The position numbers were made by a program, and so were the translations under genes. Shown one piece after another: positions 25,301-39,800 of a stretch of 64,000 nt of DNA (positions are counted from its first letter, which is position 1; each line of letters starts with the position of its first letter). Origin of the DNA: Gekko japonicus (Eukaryota); contig NW_015173138.1 of assembly GCF_001447785.1 (NCBI RefSeq), positions 546,176 to 610,175 on the forward strand, written 5' to 3'. The notes under the pieces are model-generated. The model was not told where the DNA came from and searched no databases. It was given only the letters and a program-made list of their open reading frames with translations.

Positions 25301-28300
25301 TTTGAAAACCTTTGAAAACCTTTCCACCACCAGCAAGATTCCTCTGTCTGAGACTAGCTGAGTTGAGGATGGCATTCCACAACTGGGGCACTGCCATGAA
25401 AAAGGTCCTATACCTCTGATCACCCCTCTGCTTTATGAAGGTGGGGCCACCCAGCGAAAGTCTTTGAACATTATCTTAATTAGCAGACAGGATCAGATAG
25501 GAACAGGTGCCCTTTGGTAACATAGTCCTAGATTATATAGGGCTTCACAAATTATAAAAGCAGTTTAAACGTGCCTGGAATCATACAGAAAACTAGTGAA
25601 GATATTTAAAAGTGAAGATACTATTTAAATTTCAAGTCTCAGTCAGCTGCATGGCTGCCATGTTCCAGACTATTTACAGTTTCTGAGTAGTCCTCAAAGG
25701 TAGCCACATGTACAACACATTGCAGTAGTCTAGTCTGGATGTTACCAGGGCATGAATAATTGTGGCTAGGCAATCTTGATCCAAAAAGGCACTTTGGCTG
25801 GCGCACCAACCCAACCTGGTTCAAGGCACTTTGTGCCACGGATACCCGCAGATACCCTGCAGCGCATACAGGATAAGGGCTAGATCTAATGGTACCCCGA
25901 ACTGTGTACTTGATTTTTGGAGGATCTATAGCCCTAACCAGAACAGACGAACAATTTACAGTGGTATTCTTAAAATTTAATTTCAGTTTATTAGCCCTCA
26001 TCTTCCCCATTACCATCTCCAGGCAAAGACATTCAGTGCTTCCACTACCTCACCTGAATCAGATGAAAATGAGAAATAGAGGTAGTATCCTGAGGACATT
26101 TTGCCCCCAAATAACTTCACTCAGTGGCTTTATGTACATGTTAAAAAGAATGATTTACTACACAGAATGACAGAACTCTATAGCGCAAATGCCAAACAGC
26201 ATGACTGAAATCTCTTCTGAAACCAAACTTTCATGTAAGAGTAGAAACACTAAAGGGTGGCTCTCCCAGATTCTACCTTTGAGTCTGTGGTTTGATGGAA
26301 TCAAAAACTAGGGAGAGGTCCAGAAGAATTAATAGGGTTGCACTTTCCTGTCCTTTCCTCACAGTGCAATTCTACCAGCCTCAACACCCTTTTAAAAGTT
26401 CATTGGAGTCAACAGGCTTAGAATGGTGTAATTGTCCTTAGGAGCTGTACTGTCCGGGTATGTAATCCAGCAGTCTGGCCAATGCAATTTTAGAACCAGA
26501 CCTGGGCCAGAAGCCAGTTTGAAATAGGTCTAGATAAGTAGTGTCATCCAAGAATGTCTGGAATTTAGTAACCACTGAGTCCTTATCCTAAAAGGGGATA
26601 TTTGTGATTAGCCAGTGGCTAGAATAGTGCTCAGGGTCCTAAGGGGTGGGGATTCTTTTGAACTGGCTAAATTGCCACCTTCTTAAAGTGGTTGTGCTGA
26701 TCTCTCTCTTAAAGAGACATTAATACCTTCCCGAATCTGTCTGGTCATCCTCTTATTGTTAAATGTTATAAGCCACAAAGGGCAAGCATCTACCGTGCTG
26801 GTAGTAGGCCACAGATCTCTAAGTGTGTATCCTCAAGCTGAAACAGTTAATCCAAGTAATCATGATTAGATTATGTCCTAGATCAGTTCTGTACCTGAAT
26901 TTCATTCAACGCTTGGCATCCACGTTAAGTGAGAATATGAATGATCGAGAGCAAAGAGAGTTGATGACAGAGCTATCTGAGTTATCGTGGCCAAGGCAGC
27001 CCTGTTAGGGTCAGTGCCTGCCCGATCCGAGGACTCTCCTGCTCTTGCCATGAGCGGGGCCTCCAACTCTGCTTCAGAGAGGAAGCCATCGCTGTCCTTC
27101 TGACGATTTGTGGCTTGAGCAGCTGAAAGATGAACTATGCAAGCTGACAATTCGAATTGGCCACTGCTCTTTTAAGGAGTTCTGTCATCATTCTCTTCTT
27201 TCCCTGAGCTGGGGAGCCGAAAAAGGAAAGGATAGCCAGCAGGAAATAAGATCCAGTAAGAGTTAAAGATCTGATAAGTCAAATAAGAAGAGAAATAGAA
27301 GACAGAAGTAGGACAGCCTACTCTCTAACTGCTCTCCCTGATGAAGCAGGAAAGGAACTGAAGGGAGGGTGACTCCCACAGCAGAGACAGGAAGGAGAAA
27401 AAAGTTGTTCCTGCCTCCCTGAGTGAATGGCGGGAATCACCCAACAAGATGTCCTCCTTTCCTCAGAGGTGAAGGACCCTTCACGGTAAGTATCGAATGG
27501 TCTGTTCTTGCTGAATGGTTACATAGCATAAGAGCAGCCTTGCAGGATCACACCAGTGGTCCATATAGTCCAGCACCCTGTTTTCCCACAGTGGCCGACC
27601 AAATACCCTTAGAAGGTTTACAAGCAGGGTATGGAAGCCAAAGCCTTCCCCTGCTGTAACCCTCCTAGCACTGGTATTCAGAGGTACATTAGTCATGAGA
27701 ACATAAGAGAAGCCAATGTTGGATCAGGCCAATGGCCCATCCAGTCCAACACTCTGTCACACAGTGGCCAAAAATACCAGGTGCCATCAGGAGATCCAGC
27801 AGTGGGGCCAGGACACTTGATGAAGTCATCATGGCTAATAGCCGCAGATGGACTTATTCTCCATGAATGTGTCTAATTCCCTTTTAAACCCAATAAAAGT
27901 AGTGGCCATTTCTGCATCCTGCTATGATTTATCAAATGTAAAGCCCTCCCTTTTCTGCTGCTGTGCAAAGTAGCCTGAAAGCATTTGGTCTGCTTCAGCA
28001 GTCTTTGAAGAACCTTATTTTAGCTGGCATTGCTGGAGGCAGGGTTTAAATTGCATTGGAGATAAACGCTCTTATTTCTGAATGAGCTGTGGTATTTCAG
28101 AGGCCAGTCAAATGCACAGTGCTCCTGGTAGTAACTCAGCAGTTATACATGTAGTCAAATGGCACAAAGTAGATTCAAAGCTACAGTCTGTGTTATTGCT
28201 AATGGGATTAACAGCAAGAAAACCTACCCATGCAGAGGCTAAGATACACATCAGTGTTTCAGCTCCAGGCCATTTAATTAGAGCATCGGAGCTTGTTCTG

Positions 28301-31300
28301 CTTCATAAAAATAACTGTTTTCTTTCCGGCTACATCAATATATGGCCACAGTTCAGAAGCCCACATTTTCTTACCCTCCAGAAAATTATAATTAAAACAT
28401 TTGTAAAAAATTAGCAAGGCATAAAGTATGTGAGAACAAAAAGCCACCCCTCTAGAAATCATGGCTGTACTGTGGTTAGATTTATTTTGCCATTTCGATA
28501 GGAGGTGTTTTATCAGACATTTGTTTCATAGCTCATTTTTTAAATAAAATATAACCTGAACTTTTATCTCCCTGCCCTCATGCAACTTAAGCTCTGACAT
28601 ACCAGTTGTTTAGAAAATACATGTCCCACCATAACACAGGCTTATGTAAAGAGCGTCCTACTTGCAATGACTGATCCCTGTATCTTATTATTTCTATAGA
28701 CCAATGGCCCCGGTCACACGGGTGGTTTAGCCCCGCAAGAGGGACGGATCGGGGGCGCAGCAAACGGGCGCAATCATACCGCAACATCTGGGCGCCCCCC
28801 CGTCCCCGATCCATCCCTTCAGGCCGCAAAAAAGAACCTACAAAAGAGCAGTACCTACCTGAAACGCCGCAGCAAGCACGGCCGTGGGATTGCTCCTGGC
28901 AGAACTGTGCATGCGCAAACATGCGCAGCTGGCTGCCTCACTCTCCCTTCCGTGGCTCCCCCCCCCCCCCATCTGTTCGCGCCAGGAGACAACTGAACGG
29001 CTGCTCAGGGGATCTGTCTGATTCTGCCGCCGCATGTCTCTTTTGGTGCGGCTCTAAAAAGCCGCACTTTAGCCGCGTCATTTCCCCCCGTCAAATAAAA
29101 AGAGTACCAAGGAGGCTAATAATGCATTCCTAAGCAAATGCCCTCCTTTGTAAAGCTCCTGATGTCAATAGGGTTAATCACTGTAAAAGAGGTCTTAAGG
29201 AGGTCTACTCAGAATCCTACTCGTGTCTGTTCAGTGAGACTTACTTCCAGAAAAGTATTGTTAGGATTGCACTGTAATACAGCAATTATGACTTAATATG
29301 TCTTTTGCTTCAATGGAGTGCTAATCAGAAAAAGCAGTCCCAAGACCTTTTACTGAAGCAGAACACCAAATGGAGTATTTCATGTCCCCCTCTCTCTGCT
29401 TCTTGTTTTCTGCTGTATTTTCTTGTGGCCATGACTAAGTAAACCTCTAAATTAATGTTGTATTTTATTGCATTTGCCTGCTACTTATGAGAACCCTTTG
29501 GGTGACTCATTCAGTAGTAATTCTTTAAAAAATAAAATCATATGTCTTGCCTCTGGTCATGTACAGAATGCCTTTCCATCATGTTTTATTTTAATGGGAG
29601 GCAAAGTCAAGCCCTGGTACATATGAAGCAACTAAATAAAAAAGGAACATTTCTCTGCCCTGAAAATTTGAGAATTCTTTTTGCACACATTTAGGAAGAA
29701 TATAAATTAACATATGAGGGACACAATGTGTGTGTTTCCTCCTATGGGACTGAGCATCAGTTCCCACTGCCCTTGCAATGAATTTCCAGTGAATTTGGCA
29801 GATGTATGGGACCACCAATTGAATGCTAAATTATTACTCTGCTTGGCAGTTCTCCCTGTTCTTCAGGTGGGCTGTCTGCTTTAATTTATTTTCCAGAAAT
29901 CTTTTTATATATGGACATGTATGGACAAATAAACACACAGTGTATTACAAAATTAAATTTATTTATTTCGATTTATATCCCACGTTGCCTGCACAGGCAG
30001 ACTCAAGGCGGCGTACAACAGTTTAAAATACAATAAAATACAATAAATACAATCATAAAATTTCAAATTACAAATAAATCAAGTACAGATGGCGAATTTC
30101 TATGAGGTAGTCCGATGAAGCTAGGGCGGTGTCCGGAGTTGTTCTGAATGCCAGCAGCATGGTGGCCATAATAGTCCAGTTGTCGATAGCCCATTCATCT
30201 TTTTTTTTAAAAAAAACCCAATTTTATAACAATAAAAAAACTGCTCCAGGGTGGTCTGGGGCATATTCATAATGATACCAGGACCAGCCCATCAGTTCTG
30301 TGCATAGCTGACTTGATTTCCCCTGAGTAGAGTTGTCAGGTGCCCCCAGGTGACAGTGGGGCCCATGGGCTGTAGGATGGCCAGCTCCAAGTTGGAAAAC
30401 TCCTGGGGATTTGGGGGTGGAGCCTGGGGAGGGCAGGGACCTCAGTGCATTACAATGCCATAGAGTCCACCCTCCAAAGCATCTATTTTCTCCAGGGGAT
30501 CTGATCTCTGTAGTCTGGAAATTAGCTATAATTCTGGGAGATCCTCAGGCCCTAGCTAGAGCCTGGCATTCATGCCCTTGAGCTTGATCCTACAGATAAA
30601 TTTGTACACTTCAGTTAGGTAGCATTACAGAGTTGTTACATCAAAGAGGCATTACAGAGTTGTTAAATCATCCATAAGTTTACATTTATTGGTTGTCTCT
30701 GGGATCAGGCATGAAGCCAAATATCTTCAATGGAAAATCGTTTTGGTTGTTGGGCATGAATTGACTTGCAATGGGTCTCCATGCCTCCTGCATAGAAAAT
30801 GTAGTTCCTTACCTTGATGGAGTGACACACATTCAGACTTTTGAAATCTCAGTTACCAGAGATACAAGATTGTTGCAAATCGAAGGACATGATTTGTTAC
30901 TTGGATGGAATGCCTTTTTATGGTATAAGAAAGCAAATTCCCATAAGTACTTTAAACAGCATTGGTTGAGAGCCTCTTTACTTAAAGTTTGGGACGGAAT
31001 CCATAAAATTTTTTATATTAGATCGAGACTAATAACACCATTAGAGGCCTTTACGCTGCCAAATGCTTATACAGGAGAAGAGACATTGAGGTATCAGGAT
31101 ATTTTGGATAGTAAGGACAATCTTAAACTACCGGAACATCTGTCCTGGTGGCAAAAAGCACAGCTGGAATCAATATATTTGAAGGACAAAAAAGTGGGAT
31201 TTAATTGTAAAATAACCGAACTGGAAAATGTTATGTTAACAGCAGATAGTAAAATGATAAAGAAAATATATAAAATTTTGTTGGATGATACAATGGTAGA

Positions 31301-33798
31301 TGAAATTGTGAAGAATAATATGATTGCATGGGTTCAGAATTTAGGGCATACTATAAATCTGGAAGATTGGGGGCAGATTTGGGAGAAAAATATTAAAATG
31401 ACTAATGCTATAACATATAAAGAGAATATGTATAAGATGTTTTATAGATGGTATATTACACCTGATAGACTGGCTAAGCAAAATACTAACTGTTCTGATA
31501 AATGCTGGAAATGTAAGAGTAAAAGGGGCACATTTTATCATATGTGGTGGCTATGCGATGTTACAAAAAAGTTTTGGAAATGGGTCCATAGTTTGATGGA
31601 GAAGATACTAAGAGCAAAGATTCCATTTACTCCAGAGGTCTTGCTGTTGAATATATTTCCAAATGATTATGAAAAAGAGAATAGGTATTTGACTGTTTAT
31701 ATGATGACAGCTGCAAGAATTTTANNNNNNNNNNNNNNNNNNNNNNNNNNNNNNNNNNNNNNNNNNNNNNNNNNNNNNNNNNNNNNNNNNNNNNNNNNNN
31801 NNNNNNNNNNNNNNNNNNNNNNNNNNNNNNNNNNNNNNNNNNNNNNNNNNNNNNNNNNNNNNNNNNNNNNNNNNNNNNNNNNNNNNNNNNNNNNNNNNNN
31901 NNNNNNNNNNNNNNNNNNNNNNNNNNNNNNNNNNNNNNNNNNNNNNNNNNNNNNNNNNNNNNNNNNNNNNNNNNNNNNNNNNNNNNNNNNNNNNNNNNNN
32001 NNNNNNNNNNNNNNNNNNNNNNNNNNNNNNNNNNNNNNNNNNNNNNNNNNNNNNNNNNNNNNNNNNNNNNNNNNNNNNNNNNNNNNNNNNNNNNNNNNNN
32101 NNNNNNNNNNNNNNNNNNNNNNNNNNNNNNNNNNNNNNNNNNNNNNNNNNNNNNNNNNNNNNNNNNNNNNNNNNNNNNNNNNNNNNNNNNNNNNNNNNNN
32201 NNNNNNNNNNNNNNNNNNNNNNNNNNNNNNNNNNNNNNNNNNNNNNNNNNNNNNNNNNNNNNNNNNNNNNNNNNNNNNNNNNNNNNNNNNNNNNNNNNNN
32301 NNNNNNNNNNNNNNNNNNNNNNNNNNNNNNNNNNNNCTTCCCCCCCTTCTTATAACCCCCACCTCCACCAATTTGAAAGTGTGCTGAAGAAAACCACATT
32401 TCTACATCATCGTGAAGTCTGCATGCGGCTGTCCACAGCAGCTGTCAAAGTATTGTCAAGAGAAATCTCATTTAGCCCTAATGACCTGTTGTCCCTGATA
32501 ATCATCTTGGTATTGGCTCCTAAGGTTCTGTTGTTATTGCTTACTGACAGTTAATTAGAAAGACAGTCACAAAGGTTGGCTTTTTCCAAAATGAAGCTAA
32601 ATAGCAACACGGAGCCTTTAAAAAAATCTGTATTGAAAAATCCTAAAATGACCCCCCCACCACCACTCTGCAGCTGAATTGACTGCAATAAAGTTTCTCA
32701 TAAAACGTTCCATAGGCCGATCGATTTGATGATTCTGTGACCAGAGACATTTTACTGTAGAACTTAAAAGAGAAAGAAGTCTTCCTTAGATTTCCTGCCA
32801 AAACTGAGATTGGTCACATTATGTCAGGGACTGTGACCTGTGAACTACTAAAAGTAGGTTAACTCTTCTTTAAATTAGGGATAAGCAGATCTTCAGCATT
32901 CTCTTCCTTGAACATTTTCTCCGGACTACACCATTTCCCTATATTCTGGTTTTCCTAGATTTTCTAAAATTAATTCTAGAATCCAAATATATATAGTTCG
33001 ATGCAGCTTCTGTTGCAGTCTTTCCCTCATTACATTGGTGATGCAGATGTGTGTGCTGATAAAACAAAAAAGTTATAAAGCACTGTGTTTCATTTGTGCA
33101 AAGTTTTCTTGGGTACACCTGCATTGCTAAAGGCAGCACACGTTAAGAATCTTGTAATTATATTGAGATTGGTTATTCGCCGCATTTTATCCATGCATAA
33201 GTATATACTGGTAATTCATAGGAGAAGGAAAGGAATTTGAGCTAATAAAAGCTGTGACAAAGTGCAAAATACACAGTGCTCTGTACAGAACTTCAAAAAA
33301 AGAAGACAGAATTCCTTAAGCTTTGATTCCACTTTGGAAACAGGGCTGGGTGATCCTGAACTCCACAGTTTGGGAGAAAATGTGGTTATGGAGGATTTGA
33401 CTCCTTGATACCTCAATGCTCCTGTCAAAATTCGTATTGGCAGTCTAGCCTATGCAAAGTACAAAATATTCCAGATTCCATAACAAAGACAAATAATAAA
33501 TTAAACCTACATTCCCTTAATTTGCCAAATATATCCTGATAACAGAATTTACAGTTTCTGTTCGAAGCATCTGGTTTTCCTGATTTCTGAACTGTCATTT
33601 CTAAGAATTCATGGAGGCTTCATTCAGCTCAGCTAATGTAATGAATATTATGTAAGGGAAGGGGGCATGGCATAGCCCATAACCACAATGGAAGGACTCT
33701 GCAGTGGAAGGCAATGGCAAACCACCTATGTGTCTCACTCGCCTTGGGAGCCCCTTGTTGGGGTCGCCGTAAGTCAGCTGTGACTCAACAGCACATCA

Positions 33799-33874
<76 letters not shown>

Positions 33875-36800
33875 TGTATCAGCCAGCCTTCATAACATCA
33901 TCTGTAATAGGGTTAAGTGCTATAGGGTTATGGTGCATAAGGGGAAATTCTTCTGTTTAGATGCTGGCCTCCTCTGGGATTGTCCCTCGAGGGTACTCAC
34001 AAATGGGCCTTAGTCTTATGTGCTATGTTCCCTGATTCTCCCTCTTCCCCAAAGATGAACAGGTACATTTTAACTGGGGAGATTAACAGTGGCCTCCTAA
34101 GAAGGGTTACATCCTTCTGAGTACACTGAAGTCAGCGAGCTCTGAAGGATCTAATTCTGTTTAAGATGTAACTGAAATTCACATGAATTACATTTTAGGT
34201 TTCAGAGCAGTAACTATAAATTATTTAGATAGCTTTGAAAATATTGCCTTTTACGCTGTCTACCTTATTGTGACATCTGTCTTAGCTAAAGCAGCATCTG
34301 GAATAATAATCTGTTACCTGTCTGAAAAATTGTGGAATGTATTTCCCTTCCTTAATGAAAGATGAACAGTTAACTGTCCTTATTGAGGCTATGCAGTTAA
34401 GACATGGCAGTAACAAATTTAGAACCTACTGCCTGTCTCATTGTGTGTGCCAGGTTGGAGCCAGGCCCTAAATTGTGTATTACACTTGAATGAAAGTCTC
34501 AGGAAAGCAATGAATGGAAACCTGAAGTCAAATAGAGATCCATAAAATATCTAAGATGGAGAAGAATTATGGCCCGGAGCTCATTGGTACACATGCCCCA
34601 GAGAAAGTTAGTAGCACTGTATTCCCATTGAAATCAACTGTGCATCTACCTTAATGCAATGGGATGTGGCTAATTTTCTCTAGATTGTGGCCATTAACAT
34701 CTGTGTGAGTGGAGTTTGCCCTCTTCACTTTAGTGAATACGCGTACAGTGGGAAAGGGGCGCACCATGTTCACACAGAGCACTGTGTGTGTACTGGATTG
34801 GACCGGCTGGATTTATGGGTAATGACTTGGCGGATCAGAGTGAGAAATCAATGACTCTGAACCAGAGAGAGTTAGTATGCCTGGATCTTGTCGACTTCAG
34901 TGGGACAAGTTGTTTACTAAAGCCCCCTTGATTTCAGCAGCATTTAAGCCCAACAGGTGTTTGCTTGATCAGAGCCCATTATGAGATGAGTTGGGATTGA
35001 AGGTTTGAAAGGAAAGAAGTTTCAGTACTGAGTAGAGCATGAGAATCTAGGCAAAGGCAGCAGTGGCTTAAATATAAGAGTTTATTCTTCAAATTATTTA
35101 TTACTTGTATCACAGATGTTTATAAGCATTTGCTGCAGAAAGATTGATTGATGGATTGACCACCCAAAACAGTGGTAAAGAAACTGATGATTGTTCAGAG
35201 ACTGATTTCAGAATGGGAATCCTGTTGTTTTTGTAAAGCAGTAACAATAATGATGCCAAAACAAATCAGACTATGTCATGTATTGTTTATCTAACTAGCA
35301 CTTAAACAACTTCTCTCCTTGTAGAGTACCCAGCATGTGATCAGCTGTCTTGTTCCAATGGAGCATGCTTTAATGCAAGCCAGCATTGTGATGGTAAAGT
35401 GGACTGCAGAGATGCTTCTGATGAGACCAACTGCAGTAAGTATCGCATTTCTACTCCCCAAAACAGCTGCTAGCCATTTATCAGTTGATTGGTGTACTTC
35501 TGTTTCCGGAACACACTCATGTCTTCTTCCTTCCTTTCAGCACATGGCTGCTCCAACACCCAGTTTCAGTGTGGGAATGGAGAATGTATCCCTCGAGCCT
35601 TTGTCTGTGACCATGACGATGACTGTGGAGACAGGAGCGATGAACACTCTTGCAGTACGCTGGCTTCCGCTTGCATATCTTTGACTGCTTTACAATCCAC
35701 TCCGCAAATGTTCTAAAATACCAGGACAGTTTACCTCAGTAGTTCTACTTGCTTTCTGGATTCCCCCCCCCCCCACTAACCATTTAAAACTTTTAATGTT
35801 ATTTAACTGTCATATGCACTGGAAAGCACTTTTAAGATCTGCTGTGATGTGTATTGAGTTTCTACTAGTCATGCACACATATTGATTGTTAGTCTTGGAA
35901 ATGCTGCCAGTGAGCATGGCGGCCGAGCTTCAGTAGCTGTTAAATAGGGAATGTGCAGTTAAAACTATTTGGAGTCGTGTGACTTTTACCCATAATGAGG
36001 CAGAGTTAATGTGCACACGGGCCATTTTGAACTTGTATGCACACTGAACATGGTTGCTCTGAGCCTGAAAATTCCTAGATGAGGACACATGAGCATCTCC
36101 ATGTTAATAAGGTCAAGCCTGTAGGGAACGCAGGTTCTATCAAACATCAAGTAGTCTTATTTCCATGTGCAGGTGTTGAGGGCCGAAGGACAGCTAAAAA
36201 GTTGGCGCTTTGACTCTGGTTAAAGGTTGATGGTTTTTCCTCCCCTCTCTTCCTCAGCATATGCAACCTGCAAAGGGAATTTCTTCACTTGCCCAAGCGG
36301 TCGCTGCGTTCATCAGACCTGGATCTGTGATGGAGACGACGACTGCGAAGATAATGCAGATGAGATTGGATGTGGTAAAGAATGAAATGTGACAGTTACA
36401 AATAAGATCTTATTAACTCTTCTAAGGTTCTAGAACATGACTCAGCAAACATCTTGCATCCGCCCACTTTTGGAATTTTGCTTATTTAACATATACATTA
36501 TTTTTGTCTTTTTTGTTGCTAAGTTTTGAACACAGAGCAACAGGCTGAAGCTGGGCTCTGTCTTTGCAGTGTTAGGGTTGCATGCTTTTCCCTTGGGAAT
36601 TCAGTAGTCCCTAAAATATTAGCTGTAATATATCAGAGTTTTTATCCAGGGACCACTGCACAACAGAATATTAACATGGCGCATTCTAAAGAGCCAGTTT
36701 GGTGTAGTGGTTAAGAGCGGCGGACTCTAATCTGGAGAATGGGGTTTGATTCCCCACTCCTTCTCCACATGAAGCCAGCTGGGTGACCTTGGGTCAGTCA

Positions 36801-39800
36801 CGGTTCTCTCAGAGCTCTCGCAGCCCCACCTACCTCACAGTGCATCTGTTTTGGGGAGGGGATGGGAAGGCGATTGTAAGCTGCTCCAAGACTCCTTCAG
36901 GTGGTGAAAAGCAGGATATAAAAAACAAGTCTTCTCCTTCTTTTCTTCTAAAGAACAGGGTCCTGGGCAGAGTTCATGATCCAAAATATTGCATGATGCA
37001 TGCCATTGTGGTGCAGTGGTTAGGTGGTCAGACTAGGCCGAGGCCGAGGTTTGAATCCCTGCTCTGCCATGGAAGTCTGCTGGGTGACCTTGGACCAATC
37101 ACTCTGTCTCAGCTACCTCACAGGATTGATGTGAAGATAAAATAAAGGAGAGGAGAATGATGTAAACTGTTTTTGGTCCCCATTGAGGAGAAAGGGAGCA
37201 TGCCCAGACCCTTCCATATGTGACAATAACTGGGGCTAGTGGCTTTCCTGAAGAATGGGACAATGTGGCCTATAAATCATCCCAGTTATTTATTCCTAAT
37301 TAATCTAATCACTTTTTAATTGTTATAAAATAAAGGCTTATTTTAACATGCATGATATTAGTAACATTAGTACCAACAATACTGGTTTATTTGTTTCCCC
37401 CCCAGATGAAACAGGGCCACTTCGCACATTACATTTTTAATGTGTCAACTTTGCAATGCTAAGAGCACTTTCCTGGACATGAGCCCCATTGAATAGACCT
37501 GAGTAGGATTCTGGGTAGACCTGTGTAGGATTGCTCTCAATGATAGTTAAGGTTATATCTAAAAATGTAGGGTATAAATGTGATGGATTCATGTTTGGAA
37601 ACATATGCAACCATAAAGGTGCAATCTTTAAGGAATTTTGATTGGACTGAATATGTACTTGGTGGCAAAGCCAGAGTCCCCTTTACGGAATATGCAAGAT
37701 AGCCCATGGTAATAATAGAAGATGAGGTTTTTCAAATGTATTTTGAAGGAGCAAGACGAGTCAGAGAAAGTTAGATTGTCTGCTAGAATATGTTGTAGTC
37801 TTTCGTAATTAGAGAATTAATGACAATAGTTAAACCTTACTCCAAAACGAAATACAACTTGAGAATAATGCTCAATGATTTTCTTTCTTTAGAGAGTGGT
37901 AATCGAGATTGCTACCCAGGTGAATGGGCCTGCCCTGTATCAGGGCAATGTATTCCAGTTGGTAAATTCTGTGATGGGACTCCGGACTGTCCTGATGGAG
38001 AAGACGAAACCAACGTAACAGCAGGCAGACACTGCAGTGAGTGTGGAACGCCAGAATTGCCATGTGGGCCACTCTTAATTGCTGTTGAGATCACAGTGTG
38101 GGAAACAGGAAAAGCATTTTTAGTCATGGCAAGAATAAGCGACACAGTTGTCACAGCAGTCGTGGTAAAATGTTGTTGAACTTGTGTGAATAGTGGTTGG
38201 TTTTGTAATGATTCTACCATATACGTTTTGAAAGAGAGACTCTGCTTTAACAAAAATTAGTTCCAAGTATTTGAAGTGTTTCTAAGTATTTCAAGATCTG
38301 CTGTACCAAGAAGTACAGTGCATTGGCCGGTTTGCTAATCTGGACCATTGCATTCCCAGCTCCTGTGCCTAACGGTGCAGTTCTAAACAGAGTTACACCC
38401 TTCTAAACCCATTGACTTGAGTTGAATGGTTAGCATTGCACTGCTGTTCTTGAAATTGGCTGTGGTCACCAGGGTGGAGGGTGGCTAACTCAGTCCCAGA
38501 GATTAGTGGTTCAGGAGGCAATAGGCTTTGCCACTAGATGGGTCCAAGTTGGTCTCGCAAGGCAATGCCAGAGAGGTTCAGCTTGGGCTTGCCTGATATG
38601 CTTTGCTTGCGGTGAAAAAATAACTTGAACCAACCCTGATGGTCATATCTGTTGGCTGAGCTGCTGTAAGACTCATGTTGCAAAATTGCCTGATTTTCCA
38701 GTGATGTCTTGACATCACGTGTACATTGAGGTCACCTAATTGTAAGCATCATACTGTCACAGTGATTGTGTGTTTGGACTTCACATGAGTAAAGCAATGT
38801 TGGTTGAAACCGTAATTGTGCATCTCAGTCGTTTGATCCAAATTGTAGCTGTTCCACCACAATTAGCATTCAAACTGTGTGTTCTTTTTTTTGTAGACAT
38901 ATCTCGCTGTGCGGCCTTGAGTTGCCAGTACCGTTGTCACTCTTCACCCTCTGGAGGAGCATGCTATTGCCCTGCGGGATATGTAATCAGCCTCAATGAC
39001 AGCCGCACCTGCATTGGTAAGGGGAGAACGTTGAGCTATTGATTACCTGACTCAAGAATGTTATAGTTAAAACTTTACATCTTCTAAAATATACCAAGGT
39101 TTTTGAACCATGGGTATTAAAGATGTTCCAGCTGTCGAAAACAGAGAACTCATGCTTGATGTCTAGGTTTATAATTCTGTTATTAGGAAAACTGGCCTGT
39201 GGGCCCATTTTCCTGGCATATGGGGATCCCCTTAAGGGATCTTGGCGTGAGCGCTTTTATGGGGCATGCCCAGCACGGGGGCTACCAGGTTTCAAGGGGC
39301 ATGCCTACCTTGGGGGCTGCCAGGCATTCAAGGGGCATGCCCAGCTCGGGGGCTGCCAGCGGGTCATCCTCATGCTCAGGTGGCAGGGGAGACCACTCAG
39401 GGGTGATCATCCTTGTGGAATCCAGCAACCTGCCATCCCAAGGTTCTTCTCACGCCAGCAAATGGGCTGGGTGGGATGGGGTACCTAGACTGGCAGGTGG
39501 GTGAGTCAGTGCCAGGATTCGGTGGACTCATGCTGTGCCAAGACTTCTTACAGCTGTAACTAATAAAGTTGTGGGTGTTTCATTCCACATTTTATTCCAA
39601 AATGTTGTTCGTGACTGTTTTATTGGTGGGTAGTTGTAAAGGGGTTCTTGCCTGGTGCTGCCCTCTCTCCTTCTCTGGGCGCTGGGACTGCAAATACCAA
39701 GCTTTTGAACTATGGGTATTAAAGGAGATATTCCAGTTGTCAAACAGAGAACTCATGCTTGATGTCTAGGTTTATAGTGCTATATGTTTTACAGTTTTGT

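Noticed and set aside
27338-27358. ctgatga...gaaa hammerhead-like motif
   Set aside because: Only 5 nt between the core boxes with no stem II; it lies at a DIRS-like terminal fragment and is likely chance.
30771-32399. 538-aa, 224-aa and 225-aa ORFs in the ORF track
   Set aside because: Length is inflated by the 612-N gap; the real part is an L1 ORF2 fragment, not a host gene.
33714-34013. ORF with HT/RE repeats
   Set aside because: Translation of a (CA)n(GA)n microsatellite.
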